Origin: Bdellovibrionota bacterium
Lineage (GTDB): Bacteria > Bdellovibrionota > UBA1018 > CAIPTA01 > JAALKR01
NCBI GenBank assembly: GCA_965207455.1
Contig: CBDBMJ010000003.1
Coordinates: 160,001 to 224,000 of the forward strand
Reading direction: 5' to 3'
DNA: 64,000 nucleotides
Below, one piece after another: positions 1 through 10,212 of the stretch. A model generated the notes under the pieces. That model was not told the origin of the DNA and made no database searches. It saw only the letters and a program-made list of their open reading frames with translations. The first letter of the stretch is position 1. The number at the start of each line of letters is the position of its first letter. The position numbers were made by a program, and so were the translations under genes.

Positions 1-1179
1 ATTATTTTCTAGGTTTTTAAATACGGTTTGTAATTCACTGGGAAATTCAGATTTCATTTGCACAAGATTTCTTCGAAGTTCAAAGATTGGATTCAATTGC
101 TCAATTTTCACTGGGCAGTTTGTCTCACAGGCACGACAACTGGTACAAGCCCAGAGGACTTCGGGAGAAATTTCCCGACCTATACCAACAATTGCAGGCA
201 GTGCCTTTTCTCCTTTTTTCAATATTATGGAGGCATTCTCCAAAAGTTCTTCCTTCAAGTCACGGATTATTTTCATGGGAGAGAGGGACTTTCCCGTAAT
301 TGTTGCTGGACAAGCTTCCTCGCAACGACCACATTCCGTGCAAGAGTACACGTCCAGTATATTTTTCCAGCTCAGTTCCGATATATTTCCCAGACCATAG
401 CTTTCCACGGACTCATCTTCAAAATTTGTTTTTGGTAACGGCTTTGCCAGTTCCAGTCGTTGAAAAAATACATTGGGAGCCGCTGTGAGTATATGGAGGT
501 GTTTCGAGTTAGGAATATAGGCAAGAAAGCCAAAGACCATAAGAAGGTGGGTCCAATAAAAAAACTCCAGTCCAATAAAAGCTTGCATGGAAGAAAGTTC
601 CATTAGCCCTTGGGCAAAGAATGAGGAGAAAATAAAGTATTCATTTAAAACACTTTGTGGGTAGGAAATAATTCGAAAAACATTAAAGCCTAAAAGGGTA
701 AGCATAAGCATGGCTGTAAATACAAGTATGAGTTTTGCGTCCAAGCTATTTTTTAAATGAGGAGGACGAAGAATTAGCCTACGGTAAAACCCAAAGACCA
801 CACCTAAAAGTACGCCCACTATGGCAAAGTCAGCCATCCATAGATACGCACCGTAGAGATTTATGGAAAGTATTCCTAAGTTTATTCCAAAACATCCCTC
901 TATCACCATTTCCACCGTACCAATGGTAATAATTAAAAAGCCCCAAAAAATAAATGTGTGGGCTAGGCCCACAGTGAATTTATCCCGTCGAACAGAACGT
1001 TGCCAGATAACTTCTATGAGAAAATTTAGTAAACGTTTGGGTATTTCCTGAATACTTGGTCCCGGAGATTTCGCAGCTGCCATCAATAGGTATAATTTTC
1101 TTGTTTGGAAAAAGAAATATGCAGATGCGCTACAAAAGGTCAGTACCACAAGCAAGGGTTTGATTACTGCTATATACAT
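1..1179 (-). CDS. Membrane-bound (Fe-S)-binding oxidoreductase, FadF/HdrD-like; runs off the left edge (not in ORF track)
   Basis: Manual translation from ATG at 1179: MYIAVIKPLL..., hydrophobic helices (GLAHTFIFWGFLII), then 4Fe-4S motifs ILDVYSCTECGRCEEACP and LWACTSCRACETNCPV; directly downstream of etfA. Confidence 0.85.
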   Translation of the reverse strand, partial: MYIAVIKPLLVVLTFCSASAYFFFQTRKLYLLMAAAKSPGPSIQEIPKRLLNFLIEVIWQRSVRRDKFTVGLAHTFIFWGFLIITIGTVEMVIEGCFGINLGILSINLYGAYLWMADFAIVGVLLGVVFGFYRRLILRPPHLKNSLDAKLILVFTAMLMLTLLGFNVFRIISYPQSVLNEYFIFSSFFAQGLMELSSMQAFIGLEFFYWTHLLMVFGFLAYIPNSKHLHILTAAPNVFFQRLELAKPLPKTNFEDESVESYGLGNISELSWKNILDVYSCTECGRCEEACPATITGKSLSPMKIIRDLKEELLENASIILKKGEKALPAIVGIGREISPEVLWACTSCRACETNCPVKIEQLNPIFELRRNLVQMKSEFPSELQTVFKNLENN

Positions 1180-1185
1180 GGACTC

Positions 1186-2157
1186 TTATAAAAACTCTTT
1201 TCCATCTTTGGTCAATTGCGGTGCAAGCTCAAACAGATCGGCCACCACTCCATAGTCTGCTTTTTGAAAAATAGGTGCACCAGGATCCGTATTAATAGCC
1301 ACAATTACCTTGGACGTGCGCATGCCCGCTAAATGTTGTATGGCACCGCTAATGCCAAAAGCCAAATACAGCTCAGGAGATACGGTTTTACCTGTTTGTC
1401 CCACTTGATCCTTATGGGGGCGATAGCCTGCATCCACGGCAGCTCGGGAAGCTCCAACGGTGGCTCCCAGCACTTTAGCCAGATCTTCGAGTATTTGAAA
1501 GTTTTCTTTGCTTTTTAAGGATCGTCCTCCGGAAACAATTCGTTGTGCCTCTGTTAAGTCCACGATGTTGACATTTTCTCCCTCCACTCGATCTAGGACT
1601 TTTGTGGCAACGGGGCCCGGGTCTATGGGGGATACTTGCGTTTGTGGTGTGTGGGTTTGCGTGTTTTTTTCTTTCATTCCTAAGGAGTTCGGTCGAACAG
1701 TGGCCAAGTATGGCTTAGCACCTTGAAACTCCACGCGAGCATAACATTTTCCTGAATACAGGGCACGAGTGGCTCCTAGAGTATTGCCGTCAAAACTTAA
1801 ATCCACGCAATCGCTGGCCATTCCTGCGTCCAACTGTGCTGCCATTCGAGGGAAAAAATCTTTTGTACAAGCGCTCACACTGGAAAGAATCATATCCACG
1901 TCTAGGGATTTCGCCATAGCGGTTAATGCGTTAGCAAAACCTTCGGGGGAATAGCTCTCCAGCCCGTCGTGCTCAAGCAGGTGTAGGGTGTGGGGGGAGT
2001 ATTCTTGGATTTGAGCTTGCGCATTTTTGGTCGCCTTTCCCACAAGTACTCCATGGAGTTCCACTCCATTCCAAGTGGCCACATGGGAGAGTAGTTCCAT
2101 GGAACTTTTCTTTAGTTCGTCGTTCGTATGCTCGCAAAAAACAAGTGCTTTTTTCAT
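1186..2157 (-). CDS. etfA: Electron transfer flavoprotein alpha subunit
   Basis: VGASRAAVDAG, QVGQTGKTV and GISGAIQHLAGM motifs; start set at MKKALVF (2157), overlapping the etfB stop. Confidence 0.95.
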   Translation of the reverse strand: MKKALVFCEHTNDELKKSSMELLSHVATWNGVELHGVLVGKATKNAQAQIQEYSPHTLHLLEHDGLESYSPEGFANALTAMAKSLDVDMILSSVSACTKDFFPRMAAQLDAGMASDCVDLSFDGNTLGATRALYSGKCYARVEFQGAKPYLATVRPNSLGMKEKNTQTHTPQTQVSPIDPGPVATKVLDRVEGENVNIVDLTEAQRIVSGGRSLKSKENFQILEDLAKVLGATVGASRAAVDAGYRPHKDQVGQTGKTVSPELYLAFGISGAIQHLAGMRTSKVIVAINTDPGAPIFQKADYGVVADLFELAPQLTKDGKEFL

Positions 2158-2930
2158 AGCGCTTTCGCCTCTTCTCGCAAGCGAGTCAATAACTCTTTGG
2201 ATTGCGTGGGTATGTCTCCTTCGATCATCTGGCAACTTTTTCGTTCAGGTGGGAGAGTGAAGTTAAAGTATTTTAATTTTATGTCGCTGGCGTTTAAGCC
2301 TAAGTCGTCTAGGGAGACTTTTCGTATTTCCTTTTTCTTCGCTTTCATAATATTGGGCAAAGAGGCGTAACGGGGTTCGTTCATTCCTTTTTGGACCGCG
2401 ATAAGACAGGGAGTGGGCACAACGTACTTTTCTATTACACCGCCCTCTATTTCCCGATCCACTTTCAGGGAGGAGGGATCGCTGTAGTCTATGCGAAGTA
2501 CAATTGTAACAGCGGGTAGGTTTAGAAAGGAGCCCATGGCTTGGGTGACTTGGGCAGCATCGTCGTCGATAGCTTGTTTTCCTGTAAAAATAAGATGGGG
2601 ACTGCCTTCTTTTTCCACGGTTTTCGCCAATGCTTTTGCAGCGAGATAGGAGTCAGCGTTTTCGGGGAGTTCCACATGGATAGCTTGGTCGCAACCCATG
2701 GCAAGGGCTGTGCGCAAGCAACTGGAGACCCTGTCAGGCCCTCCACTTAGCACTGTCACTGTAGCTGTGGGATTTCCTTCCTTAAAGCGTAGGGCTTCTT
2801 CCACGGCAAATTCGTCGTAAGGACACAGTATCCACTTGAGGTTTTCCCCTTGAACTCCGTTCCCGTCCGATCGAATCTGTATTCGGGCTTCTGTGTCCGG
2901 TACCTGCTTTACACAAACAAAAATATTCAT
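2154..2930 (-). CDS. etfB: Electron transfer flavoprotein beta subunit
   Basis: MNIFVCVKQVPDT, PYDEFAVEEAL, GKQAIDDD and NEPRYASLPNIMKAKKK motifs. Confidence 0.95.
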   Translation of the reverse strand: MNIFVCVKQVPDTEARIQIRSDGNGVQGENLKWILCPYDEFAVEEALRFKEGNPTATVTVLSGGPDRVSSCLRTALAMGCDQAIHVELPENADSYLAAKALAKTVEKEGSPHLIFTGKQAIDDDAAQVTQAMGSFLNLPAVTIVLRIDYSDPSSLKVDREIEGGVIEKYVVPTPCLIAVQKGMNEPRYASLPNIMKAKKKEIRKVSLDDLGLNASDIKLKYFNFTLPPERKSCQMIEGDIPTQSKELLTRLREEAKAL

Positions 2931-2992
2931 TTCAACCAAACTTTGTAGCATAAAAAAGTATCCCGTGGGACGAGATATTTATTTTTCTAAAT

Positions 2993-3202
2993 TTATCTAT
3001 ATGCATCATCTTTTTTCTCATCCAATCCCGGTAGGTAGTTGGGGTCGGTTCTTGGGCATTTGAGGTCGTAGACAGAGCACTGAAGTGCGGGAATTTTAGG
3101 TTTTTCTGGAATAATAGCAAATTGGGGAGGGGCTTTTACGCCGCAACCAGTCATCATAAGTCCCCATAGGATGAAAAATGTGCTGTTTAAGAGTTTTTTC
3201 AT
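2993..3202 (-). CDS. Small lipoprotein (LptM/YifL-like CGxKxPP N-terminus)
   Basis: MKK plus hydrophobic stretch plus lipobox MTGC followed by GVKAPP. Confidence 0.65.
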   Translation of the reverse strand: MKKLLNSTFFILWGLMMTGCGVKAPPQFAIIPEKPKIPALQCSVYDLKCPRTDPNYLPGLDEKKDDAYR

Positions 3203-3214
3203 TCCCCAGTTGTA

Positions 3215-4243
3215 CTAGAATTTTAGAGCTGTGCCAACCATGAATCCGGTATTCCCAAAGTCGACGCGCAGATCAATGGTTCGACTAAGTACTAGGGCGC
3301 TACCCAGGCCAAAAGTCAGGCGGTTTTCTTCCAAAAAATACAAGTATTCGCTGGAGAGCTTTCCCTCGGCGGACAAAAAGTTATGTTCATATCCCACATA
3401 CAGGTAGGAGAAAAACAGATCATTCCATTCCTGGTTATAATACAGTCGTGCAAAGGCAGGAAATACTTCTACGCCCGTAAATTGTTCACCGTCAGGTAGA
3501 GACGTGTCTTTTACTCTAAATTTATATATACCCAATCCCACTTCCATGGAGAGGCGCAGTGGAATTTTCCTTTTAATCCACAGGTAGAAATTAAAGTTAT
3601 GGATATAGCTAAGCCACGTTCCACTATAAATTGTGCTGGGATTCGCGTCAGGGGATTTAATTTTCAAGGGAATATTTGTATTCTGGAACCCTCCTAACCC
3701 AATATTAATACTGTGATCTTTTTTATACTGAGGTTTAGGAAACCTGGGCCTTAGGGTAGTTTCTGGATTATATTCTATTCCGTCTGGATCGGGCTCATAC
3801 TCCCTTCCCTCCTTTGTGAAAAAGGGCTCACTACCTGGATTTTCATCTAGGTCGTCCACCAGTACTTCATCATCGGCAGACAATACGCCATCTGGAAGTT
3901 GAGGAACATCCGGCAAAGGGATGCCATAGAGCATATTATAGGCCTCTCCCTTATAGAGTATTTCCTTGGAGTATGTGGCCACAATATAAACAGCCGACTG
4001 ATCGGGGAAAAGTTTAATCACCCGTGCAGCCACAATTTTTTTATCTCTTCGTCGAATCAATATGGCTTCATTTATGACCAGCCCTATTCGTTTCCCCACA
4101 TTGATCATCAGAGTAAGGCCTGTGGAGCTTTTTTCTAAAATAAGGACTTCGCTTCGCTTTGCGCTACTTTCTTCTACCCATAGGAGCATGACTAAAGGTA
4201 TGATAAGAAAAAATAGAGTTTTTCTTCGTGTCTGGTTTACCAT
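3215..4243 (-). CDS. Secreted hypothetical protein with probable C-terminal outer-membrane beta-barrel
   Basis: Signal peptide, acidic/Pro linker, amphipathic beta-strands, terminal ...VGTALKF. Confidence 0.6.
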   Translation of the reverse strand: MVNQTRRKTLFFLIIPLVMLLWVEESSAKRSEVLILEKSSTGLTLMINVGKRIGLVINEAILIRRRDKKIVAARVIKLFPDQSAVYIVATYSKEILYKGEAYNMLYGIPLPDVPQLPDGVLSADDEVLVDDLDENPGSEPFFTKEGREYEPDPDGIEYNPETTLRPRFPKPQYKKDHSINIGLGGFQNTNIPLKIKSPDANPSTIYSGTWLSYIHNFNFYLWIKRKIPLRLSMEVGLGIYKFRVKDTSLPDGEQFTGVEVFPAFARLYYNQEWNDLFFSYLYVGYEHNFLSAEGKLSSEYLYFLEENRLTFGLGSALVLSRTIDLRVDFGNTGFMVGTALKF

Positions 4244-4299
4244 TCTTGTTACAGAATAAGAGGGACAGCCCAGGAAGTCAATTATTAGGGGAAGGTAAC

Positions 4300-5334
4300 G
4301 TGAAAGCAAGCAATGAAACCATCGCCCAGTCCCTCTTAAACACCAAGCACCTAAACTGTGCTAGCCTGCCCACCCCTATCCATCGCCTCAACCGACTCTC
4401 GGAAGAGCTGGGAGTGGATTTGCATATAAAGCGCGACGATGTCACTGATTTTATTTTAGGTGGTAACAAGGTACGCAAATTAAACTTTCTTTTTCAAGAG
4501 GCTCTCGACAAGGGGAGCACTTGTGTGATCACCTGTGGAGGTATTCAGTCCAATCATTGTAGGGCTGTGGCTGCCCTTGCTGCCCGCCTTGGCTTGGATT
4601 GTGTTTTGCTCCTTGCGGGGCAACCGCAAGTTATTCAGGGCAATTTACTTTTGAGCCATCTATTTTCTGCGGAAATTCACTATGTGAGCAAGGAGGAGTA
4701 TGAGGAGAAAAGTTTACTCCTACGAAAGTTAGCCTCTCAGGTAAGGGACCGGGGTGGTAAGCCCTATATTATTCCTGAGGGTGGATCCAATACGCTGGGC
4801 ATGATGGGTTATATACATATGTGGCAAGAGTTAGAGGCGCAGTTGGGCACGGAGGATATTCCAAAAAGTTTTGATTCTATTGTGAGTGCCACAGGAAGTG
4901 GGGGCACACAGGGTGGTTTAATTTTAGGAAAAATGGGATCGAAATCCCCTATTGCTACTATGCGAGTGGTGGGAGTAAATGTTTGTTACGACAAGAAAAA
5001 AACATTTCAATTGATAAAAGATCTCCTTTGGAAGTCTATTACTCAAAATCAATGGCCCTATTCTTTTCTTCATTCGGACATTGACTTGCTCGACGGTTTT
5101 ATCGGCAAAGGATATGGAAAAACAACTCCTGAAGAATTACGCTTTATTCATAAAGTGGCTCGTACCGAGGGTGTTTTACTGGACCCCACCTATTCGGGAA
5201 AAGCTTTTCTGGGACTCTACGAGACTCTTAAAAAAGATAAGCACGCCTTTGGAAAATCCATTCTATTTCTTCACACAGGTGGTGCCTTTGCTAATTTCAT
5301 CCATGAAAGAGAGTGGCAGGAGATTGTGGGATGA
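4300..5334 (+). CDS. D-cysteine desulfhydrase / ACC deaminase family PLP enzyme
   Basis: IKRDD, GGNKVRKL (PLP Lys), GGIQSNH, GSGGT and LDPTYSGKAF; probable GTG start at 4300. Confidence 0.9.
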   Translation: MKASNETIAQSLLNTKHLNCASLPTPIHRLNRLSEELGVDLHIKRDDVTDFILGGNKVRKLNFLFQEALDKGSTCVITCGGIQSNHCRAVAALAARLGLDCVLLLAGQPQVIQGNLLLSHLFSAEIHYVSKEEYEEKSLLLRKLASQVRDRGGKPYIIPEGGSNTLGMMGYIHMWQELEAQLGTEDIPKSFDSIVSATGSGGTQGGLILGKMGSKSPIATMRVVGVNVCYDKKKTFQLIKDLLWKSITQNQWPYSFLHSDIDLLDGFIGKGYGKTTPEELRFIHKVARTEGVLLDPTYSGKAFLGLYETLKKDKHAFGKSILFLHTGGAFANFIHEREWQEIVG

Positions 5335-6317
5335 GAGCAAGCTCGAAAAATTTTTTCTCGATTTTTTTTTTCTCCCTATTTTTCTCGATTTTTTTTATTG
5401 CCTTCGCCTTTGACTACAGCCATGCATCTGAACTAAGGGCAGATCAGGTCAGCGATTTCTTTTTAGCGGGAACAAAGCTTCTCAAGGAGAAGAAGTATCC
5501 TCAGGCAATAAAAGAATTTGAAGCGGCTGCACAGGAAAACCCTAAGCACGTGGCTACTTATTTGGGTTGGGCACGGGGATTGGTTCTATCCCGAAAGCGA
5601 AAAGTTGGTTTGGAAAAACTCTCCCAGGCTATGGCGATAGCAAAAAATACAGAAGACCGGAAGAAAATCCGAAAGCAGTATGGTATTTTTTCTGAGATTT
5701 TTTATACAAACAAAACTTTCCAAAAGTACCAGGACGGCTTAAATTCATTGAAGGTAAAAAAGCTTCGCGAGGCTTTGCAAAATTTCGAGAAAGCCCTCGC
5801 CAAGGATCCCTTCAATGTTCTAATTTTACTCACCTATGGACAAACGCTGCGGGGACTAGACGAATGGGGCGCGGCGGTAAAAGCATTAGAGCAGGCATTT
5901 ACCTTAAACCCCTATAAAAGAGAACTTCGTTTTCAATTAAGCCTTACTTTGCTCCATCGCAAGCCCAAGCAATCTTTAAAGGTCATGAAGCCTATTATAA
6001 GATCCAAAAATGCTCGAACAAAAGATATTATTTTATACGCTAGAGTGTTGGGGCAGTTGGGAAAATTAAAACAAGCCATTAAATTTTTAGAAGAAAATAG
6101 GGACAAGAGGAAAACAGAAATTCATGCTTTATACTGGCTGGGGAAACTATACTCTCAAACGACAAATGGAAGTTGGCAAGCAAGGAAATACCTCACCATA
6201 TTTCTACGCCAAGAGAGACGACTGAAAACCCCATCCCTTACCGCACTCCGCGAGGATGGGGAAAAAACCCTATCTGCCGTAAACAAACATTTAGGCTTAG
6301 AGCCAGCTAGTAAATAA
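5331..6317 (+). CDS. Tetratricopeptide repeat protein with N-terminal signal/TM
   Basis: Repeated TPR-like helices (AIKEFEAAAQENP, ALQNFEKALAKDP, AVKALEQAFTLNP). Confidence 0.8.
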   Translation: MRASSKNFFSIFFFSLFFSIFFIAFAFDYSHASELRADQVSDFFLAGTKLLKEKKYPQAIKEFEAAAQENPKHVATYLGWARGLVLSRKRKVGLEKLSQAMAIAKNTEDRKKIRKQYGIFSEIFYTNKTFQKYQDGLNSLKVKKLREALQNFEKALAKDPFNVLILLTYGQTLRGLDEWGAAVKALEQAFTLNPYKRELRFQLSLTLLHRKPKQSLKVMKPIIRSKNARTKDIILYARVLGQLGKLKQAIKFLEENRDKRKTEIHALYWLGKLYSQTTNGSWQARKYLTIFLRQERRLKTPSLTALREDGEKTLSAVNKHLGLEPASK

Positions 6318-6415
6318 CTGTTACAGGGTATTCCCTCCAATTATTTCCTCAAAAAAACAATCAATCCTTAATATTCTACGAAAATGGACGATAGGTATTG
6401 TAGGGAGACATAGTT

Positions 6416-7093
6416 ATGAAAAATATATTTGTAGTTTTGCTTTTTACGTTCTTTTACATCAGTTGTGCTTCACTTACCGGTCCAGTGGGGGATAATAACA
6501 TGGATTACGAAATGGATGATGCTCCTGAAGCAGAAGAAATTGCGGACATAGAGGGAGAAGAGGAAGAGCTGGAAGAGGAAATGGCTGAGATGGAAGAAAT
6601 TTCTCCAGATGAAAAAATGGCCAGCTATAAAGTGCGCAAGGGCGATACGTTAATGAAGATTGCGCATCATCTCTATGGAGATGTAAGTCGTTGGCGAGAT
6701 ATTCTTTCTTGGAATCAAGACATTATTTCCAAAAGTACTGACCTTTCCATTGGTTCACAATTAAAGTTCGTGGACACGAATCGATTTTATGTAAAGAAAT
6801 TAAAGCATTCCTACTTAATCCAAGAAGGAAATACCTTGGGTGGTATTGCTGCTCGTCTCTATGGACAATTCAGCAAATGGCAAAAACTACAGAATTACAA
6901 CTCTCGCTTGATTAGGGATCCAAATATTATCTACGCTGGATTTCTACTCTATTACAGCATTAGTAAGCAAGAATTAAAAGCGGCGAAAGGTGTGAAAATT
7001 AGTTCTCGCTCTAAGCGGCGCCTTCCCTCGAAGGTAAAGAGAATAAATCGTTCGCCTGCGGGTTTCAATAAGAAGTCAGCACCTAGTAAATAG
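6416..7093 (+). CDS. LysM-domain lipoprotein (two LysM domains)
   Basis: Lipobox ISC, acidic linker, YKVRKGDTLMKIA and YLIQEGNTLGGIAARLYG. Confidence 0.9.
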   Translation: MKNIFVVLLFTFFYISCASLTGPVGDNNMDYEMDDAPEAEEIADIEGEEEELEEEMAEMEEISPDEKMASYKVRKGDTLMKIAHHLYGDVSRWRDILSWNQDIISKSTDLSIGSQLKFVDTNRFYVKKLKHSYLIQEGNTLGGIAARLYGQFSKWQKLQNYNSRLIRDPNIIYAGFLLYYSISKQELKAAKGVKISSRSKRRLPSKVKRINRSPAGFNKKSAPSK

Positions 7094-7096
7094 GCA

Positions 7097-7129
7097 AGTT
7101 GCCCTTGCTAGGATCTAGCAAAGGCAATT
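7097..7129. terminator. Hairpin between convergent genes; conserved downstream of paralogs A1, A2 and A4
   Basis: AGTTGCCCTTGCTAG-GAT-CTAGCAAAGGCAATT inverted repeat. Confidence 0.7.
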
Positions 7130-7146
7130 GATGGTAAACAGTTATT

Positions 7147-7743
7147 TTATTTTTTTGTGAAGCTTACCAGTAATGTAGTAAATTCATACTCCTCACCACT
7201 GATGATTATCTTATCCTTCACTATTCCGTTCAGGGGTAGCCCTTGGGTCGACCAACGATCCATCTCTTGTCCTATAGAGACTAAGATTACTCTTCTGTAT
7301 GTAGTTCTAAATGTTCCCGCAGGAACAGTGACTTCTACACCATCCTTTTGTTTAATAATTTTAGTGCTAATATCAGGAATCGCTCTCTTCTCTCCGTTCA
7401 CTCTGTATTCCTCTATTACACCTGTATCTCGATTGATCCTTACTATTTCTTCCTGATTTATAAGACCTTTAGATTCTATATGATAGAAAATAGAATTACC
7501 CTCCTCACTATGCACGAAACTCCTCACATGAATAGAGTCTTTACCATCAAGCTTGATAAGATAAATGGCTTCATCGCCCACCTTCCAGTCCTTTACATCT
7601 TGAGTAGCAAGCGTGGAGATTAACGCTGTTTTCATGGTTTGCGCAAGCTGCTTAGACAAATTAGGCTGAGCACCAGCGATAGTTGAACTTACTAAGCAGC
7701 CTGAGATTAGTAACGAAAATAGAGTTAATTTTAATTTTTTCAT
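7147..7743 (-). CDS. Secreted ~200-aa beta-rich protein, paralog A1 (TVPAGTF motif, DUF3108-like)
   Basis: Signal peptide MKKLKLTL..., DWKVGDE, INRDTG, VTVPAGTF, C-terminal LVSFTKK; AAGGAA RBS. Confidence 0.75.
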   Translation of the reverse strand: MKKLKLTLFSLLISGCLVSSTIAGAQPNLSKQLAQTMKTALISTLATQDVKDWKVGDEAIYLIKLDGKDSIHVRSFVHSEEGNSIFYHIESKGLINQEEIVRINRDTGVIEEYRVNGEKRAIPDISTKIIKQKDGVEVTVPAGTFRTTYRRVILVSIGQEMDRWSTQGLPLNGIVKDKIIISGEEYEFTTLLVSFTKK

Positions 7744-7800
7744 AATGTTTCCTTTCAATTAGTTTGTTATGGTTTATATACATGCTAGACTAGCATTGAT

Positions 7801-7821
7801 ACACATCTTTTGCTGATGTGT
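7801..7821. promoter_or_regulatory. Palindrome in divergent promoter region (candidate operator), copy 1
   Basis: ACACATC-N7-GATGTGT; recurs at 11716-11734. Confidence 0.4.
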
Positions 7822-7870
7822 CAGGAAATGTCAGACAATACAAATTTAATAACTCTGGAGGGTTGATAAA

Positions 7871-9616
7871 ATGAAATTTCAATGTAAAAAATATATTCTT
7901 GCTATAACGATAGTTGGTGTTTGTCTTTTATTAGGCAATATTGCACAAACAAATACAAATAAATATATACAAATGTTAGATACTAAAGAGCGCGTGTTGG
8001 GGGAAGCTATCGTAAAGTTTCGCCAAAAAGAAAGTCACACAACACAGGAAAAAATTCAAGCGACACAGAAAATGGAAAATATACTTCTTTCCATGGGAGT
8101 TTCCTCTTTTAAAAAATTTGCAACAGACAACCGGTTTTTCAAAGTTACATTGAGTAATGACAGGGACATGGCTCGCTTTCTAAAAGAGGCCAACAGAAAT
8201 CCAGAAATATCTTACACAGAGCCCAATTACATCTATAGATCAATCGGCTATCGAGACTCAGAGATTACTCCTAATGATCCGAATTTTCAGAAGCAATGGG
8301 CCTTACACAATACTGGTCAAGAGGATCCGCGGGGACAGGTGGGAATTGCTGGCGCAGACATAGGTGCATTAGAAGCCTGGAAAATAACCAAAGGTTCTAA
8401 AGATATAATAGTGGCAGTACTCGATACGGGCGTAGACTATAATCACAGAGACCTTTACACCAATATATACCGCAATCATGGAGAGATTGGGGATGGCAAG
8501 CAAACCAATGGCATTGATGATGATGGCAATGGCTTCATCGATGATTATATAGGATGGAATTTTTTCCATTCTAGTAACAATCCCATGGATAATAGTGTTC
8601 ACGGCACCCATTGCGCTGGAATAATCGGTGCAGAGGGTAATAATGACAAAGGCATAGTTGGCGTTTCATGGAATGTGCGCATTTTGCCTATTAAATTTAT
8701 GAGCCAACACGGAGTTGGAACAGTTGTAGGCGCTGCTCAAGCTATACAATACGCCACAAAAATGGGTGCCCATATTATGAACAACTCTTGGGGCGGACAT
8801 GAACATTCTCAAGCAATCCTAGACGCTATTAAAGAAGCCAAGGAAGCAGGAATTTTATTTGTGGCTGCCGCTGGAAATGAGACTCAGAATAGCGATACTA
8901 TTCCCCATTATCCATCTAGTTATCCAGAAGAAAATATCATATCTGTAGCAGCAACAGATAACTCCGATTATTTAAGTTCTTTTAGTAACTGGGGCAGGGA
9001 GCTTGTGGATATTGCAGCACCTGGAAGTAATATCTACAGTACAGTTCCAAACAATAAATATGCTAGCTATAGCGGAACGTCTATGGCTACCCCCCATGTG
9101 GCAGGGGCTGCGGCCTTGTTATGGAGTGTGAATAAAGAGATGACTGCAATAGAGATAAAAGATCGATTGCTTCGCTCCAGAGATACACGGTTAGCTCTAT
9201 CTCGTAAAATCCTGTCCAGTGGTCGACTAAATATCAATAATGCGATCCGTGGCATTTTCCCTGATCAAGTTCGAATTCCAAAAGAAAATGAATGGATAGA
9301 TGGTGATGCCATTGAGCCTGTTGAATCTTCCCATCCGTATGAAGGCAATTCTTCCCAAAAATGGGTAATTCATGGTCCAGAGAATGCGAAATTTATGCGA
9401 GTTCATTTCTCCCGATTGGAATTGGAAGAGAAGTTCGACTTTGTACATATTCTTGATAGTAAAGGGAATCGTATGGATGTTATTTCTGGTACATCCCTCA
9501 ATGGCACTACCTCATGGTTTGTAGTGGGAAATGAAATAACTATAAAACTTAAAACAGATTTTTCCGGAGCAGAATGGGGCTTTGCTATTAACAAATTTCA
9601 GTACATCGCACAATAG
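7871..9616 (+). CDS. S8 subtilisin-like serine protease with prodomain and C-terminal CUB-like domain (S8a)
   Basis: Triad motifs VAVLDTG, HGTHCAG and SGTSMATPHVAG; C-terminal ESSHPY...RVHFSRLELEEKFDFV. Confidence 0.93.
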   Translation: MKFQCKKYILAITIVGVCLLLGNIAQTNTNKYIQMLDTKERVLGEAIVKFRQKESHTTQEKIQATQKMENILLSMGVSSFKKFATDNRFFKVTLSNDRDMARFLKEANRNPEISYTEPNYIYRSIGYRDSEITPNDPNFQKQWALHNTGQEDPRGQVGIAGADIGALEAWKITKGSKDIIVAVLDTGVDYNHRDLYTNIYRNHGEIGDGKQTNGIDDDGNGFIDDYIGWNFFHSSNNPMDNSVHGTHCAGIIGAEGNNDKGIVGVSWNVRILPIKFMSQHGVGTVVGAAQAIQYATKMGAHIMNNSWGGHEHSQAILDAIKEAKEAGILFVAAAGNETQNSDTIPHYPSSYPEENIISVAATDNSDYLSSFSNWGRELVDIAAPGSNIYSTVPNNKYASYSGTSMATPHVAGAAALLWSVNKEMTAIEIKDRLLRSRDTRLALSRKILSSGRLNINNAIRGIFPDQVRIPKENEWIDGDAIEPVESSHPYEGNSSQKWVIHGPENAKFMRVHFSRLELEEKFDFVHILDSKGNRMDVISGTSLNGTTSWFVVGNEITIKLKTDFSGAEWGFAINKFQYIAQ

Positions 9617-9736
9617 GGATTATTTCATCCTTTTTTGAAGCTCTCTAGCGATGTAAAAAGTCTGTGCCCATCACTAGTTTTCATTAAATTAAGACAGTTA
9701 TGGATCCAAGGGATCAGCTAAAGAAGTCGTACAAAC

Positions 9737-10211
9737 TGTTCATGACCCTCATTTGAGCTAGACACCTCCTAACCGAGGAGATGCAGTATGCAGAAATATC
9801 GAAAAAACCATTGGTGAGATTTCGCTGCAAAATCAAATTTTTAAAACAGCAAATGAAATTCTCAAAAAAAAACAGCGACGAGGAAAGTTCAGCTCGCCAA
9901 AGAAGTCATCCAGGAAATAGGTGCTGATATGAAGAAATCTATTATTTGTAAAACTTTAGAAGTTTCGCGCTCATCAATTTATTGGAAGCCGAAAGGAAAA
10001 ACTGTAACAATAAGGTAACTGCGAAAAGACCAACCTATGGACAGAAAAGGATTATGTATCAGACTGCGTTGATTCAAAGACAACCTTGAGAATGCTGAAA
10101 GGTTGGTTTAAAGATTATAATAAAGAGGCTCCACATTCAGGACTTGGAATGATGAGTCCTTTGGAGTATAAAAAATTAACCGAGGTGTCTCGTCAAATGG
10201 AGACCAAAGCA
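9737..10211 (+). mobile_element. Internally deleted IS3-family element (IS2-like ends), 475 bp, non-autonomous
   Basis: Imperfect terminal IRs TGTTCATGACCCTCATTTGAGCTAGACACCT / AGGTGTCTCGTCAAATGGAGACCAAAGCA; 4-bp duplication AAAC at 9733-9736 and 10212-10215; A9 run at 9864-9872; transposase fragments EKTIGEISLQNQIFK, CKTLEVSRSSIYW, RPTYG and WFKDYNKEAPHSGLGMMSPLEY. Confidence 0.85.
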
Positions 10212-10212
10212 A

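Noticed and set aside
58..1051. Short ORFs listed at the left edge
   Set aside because: They overlap the long minus-strand Fe-S protein frame (1-1179).
5362..5371. T10 tract in the TPR gene as a phase-variation switch
   Set aside because: It encodes a Phe-rich signal segment in an AT-rich genome with many similar runs, and the frame is intact.
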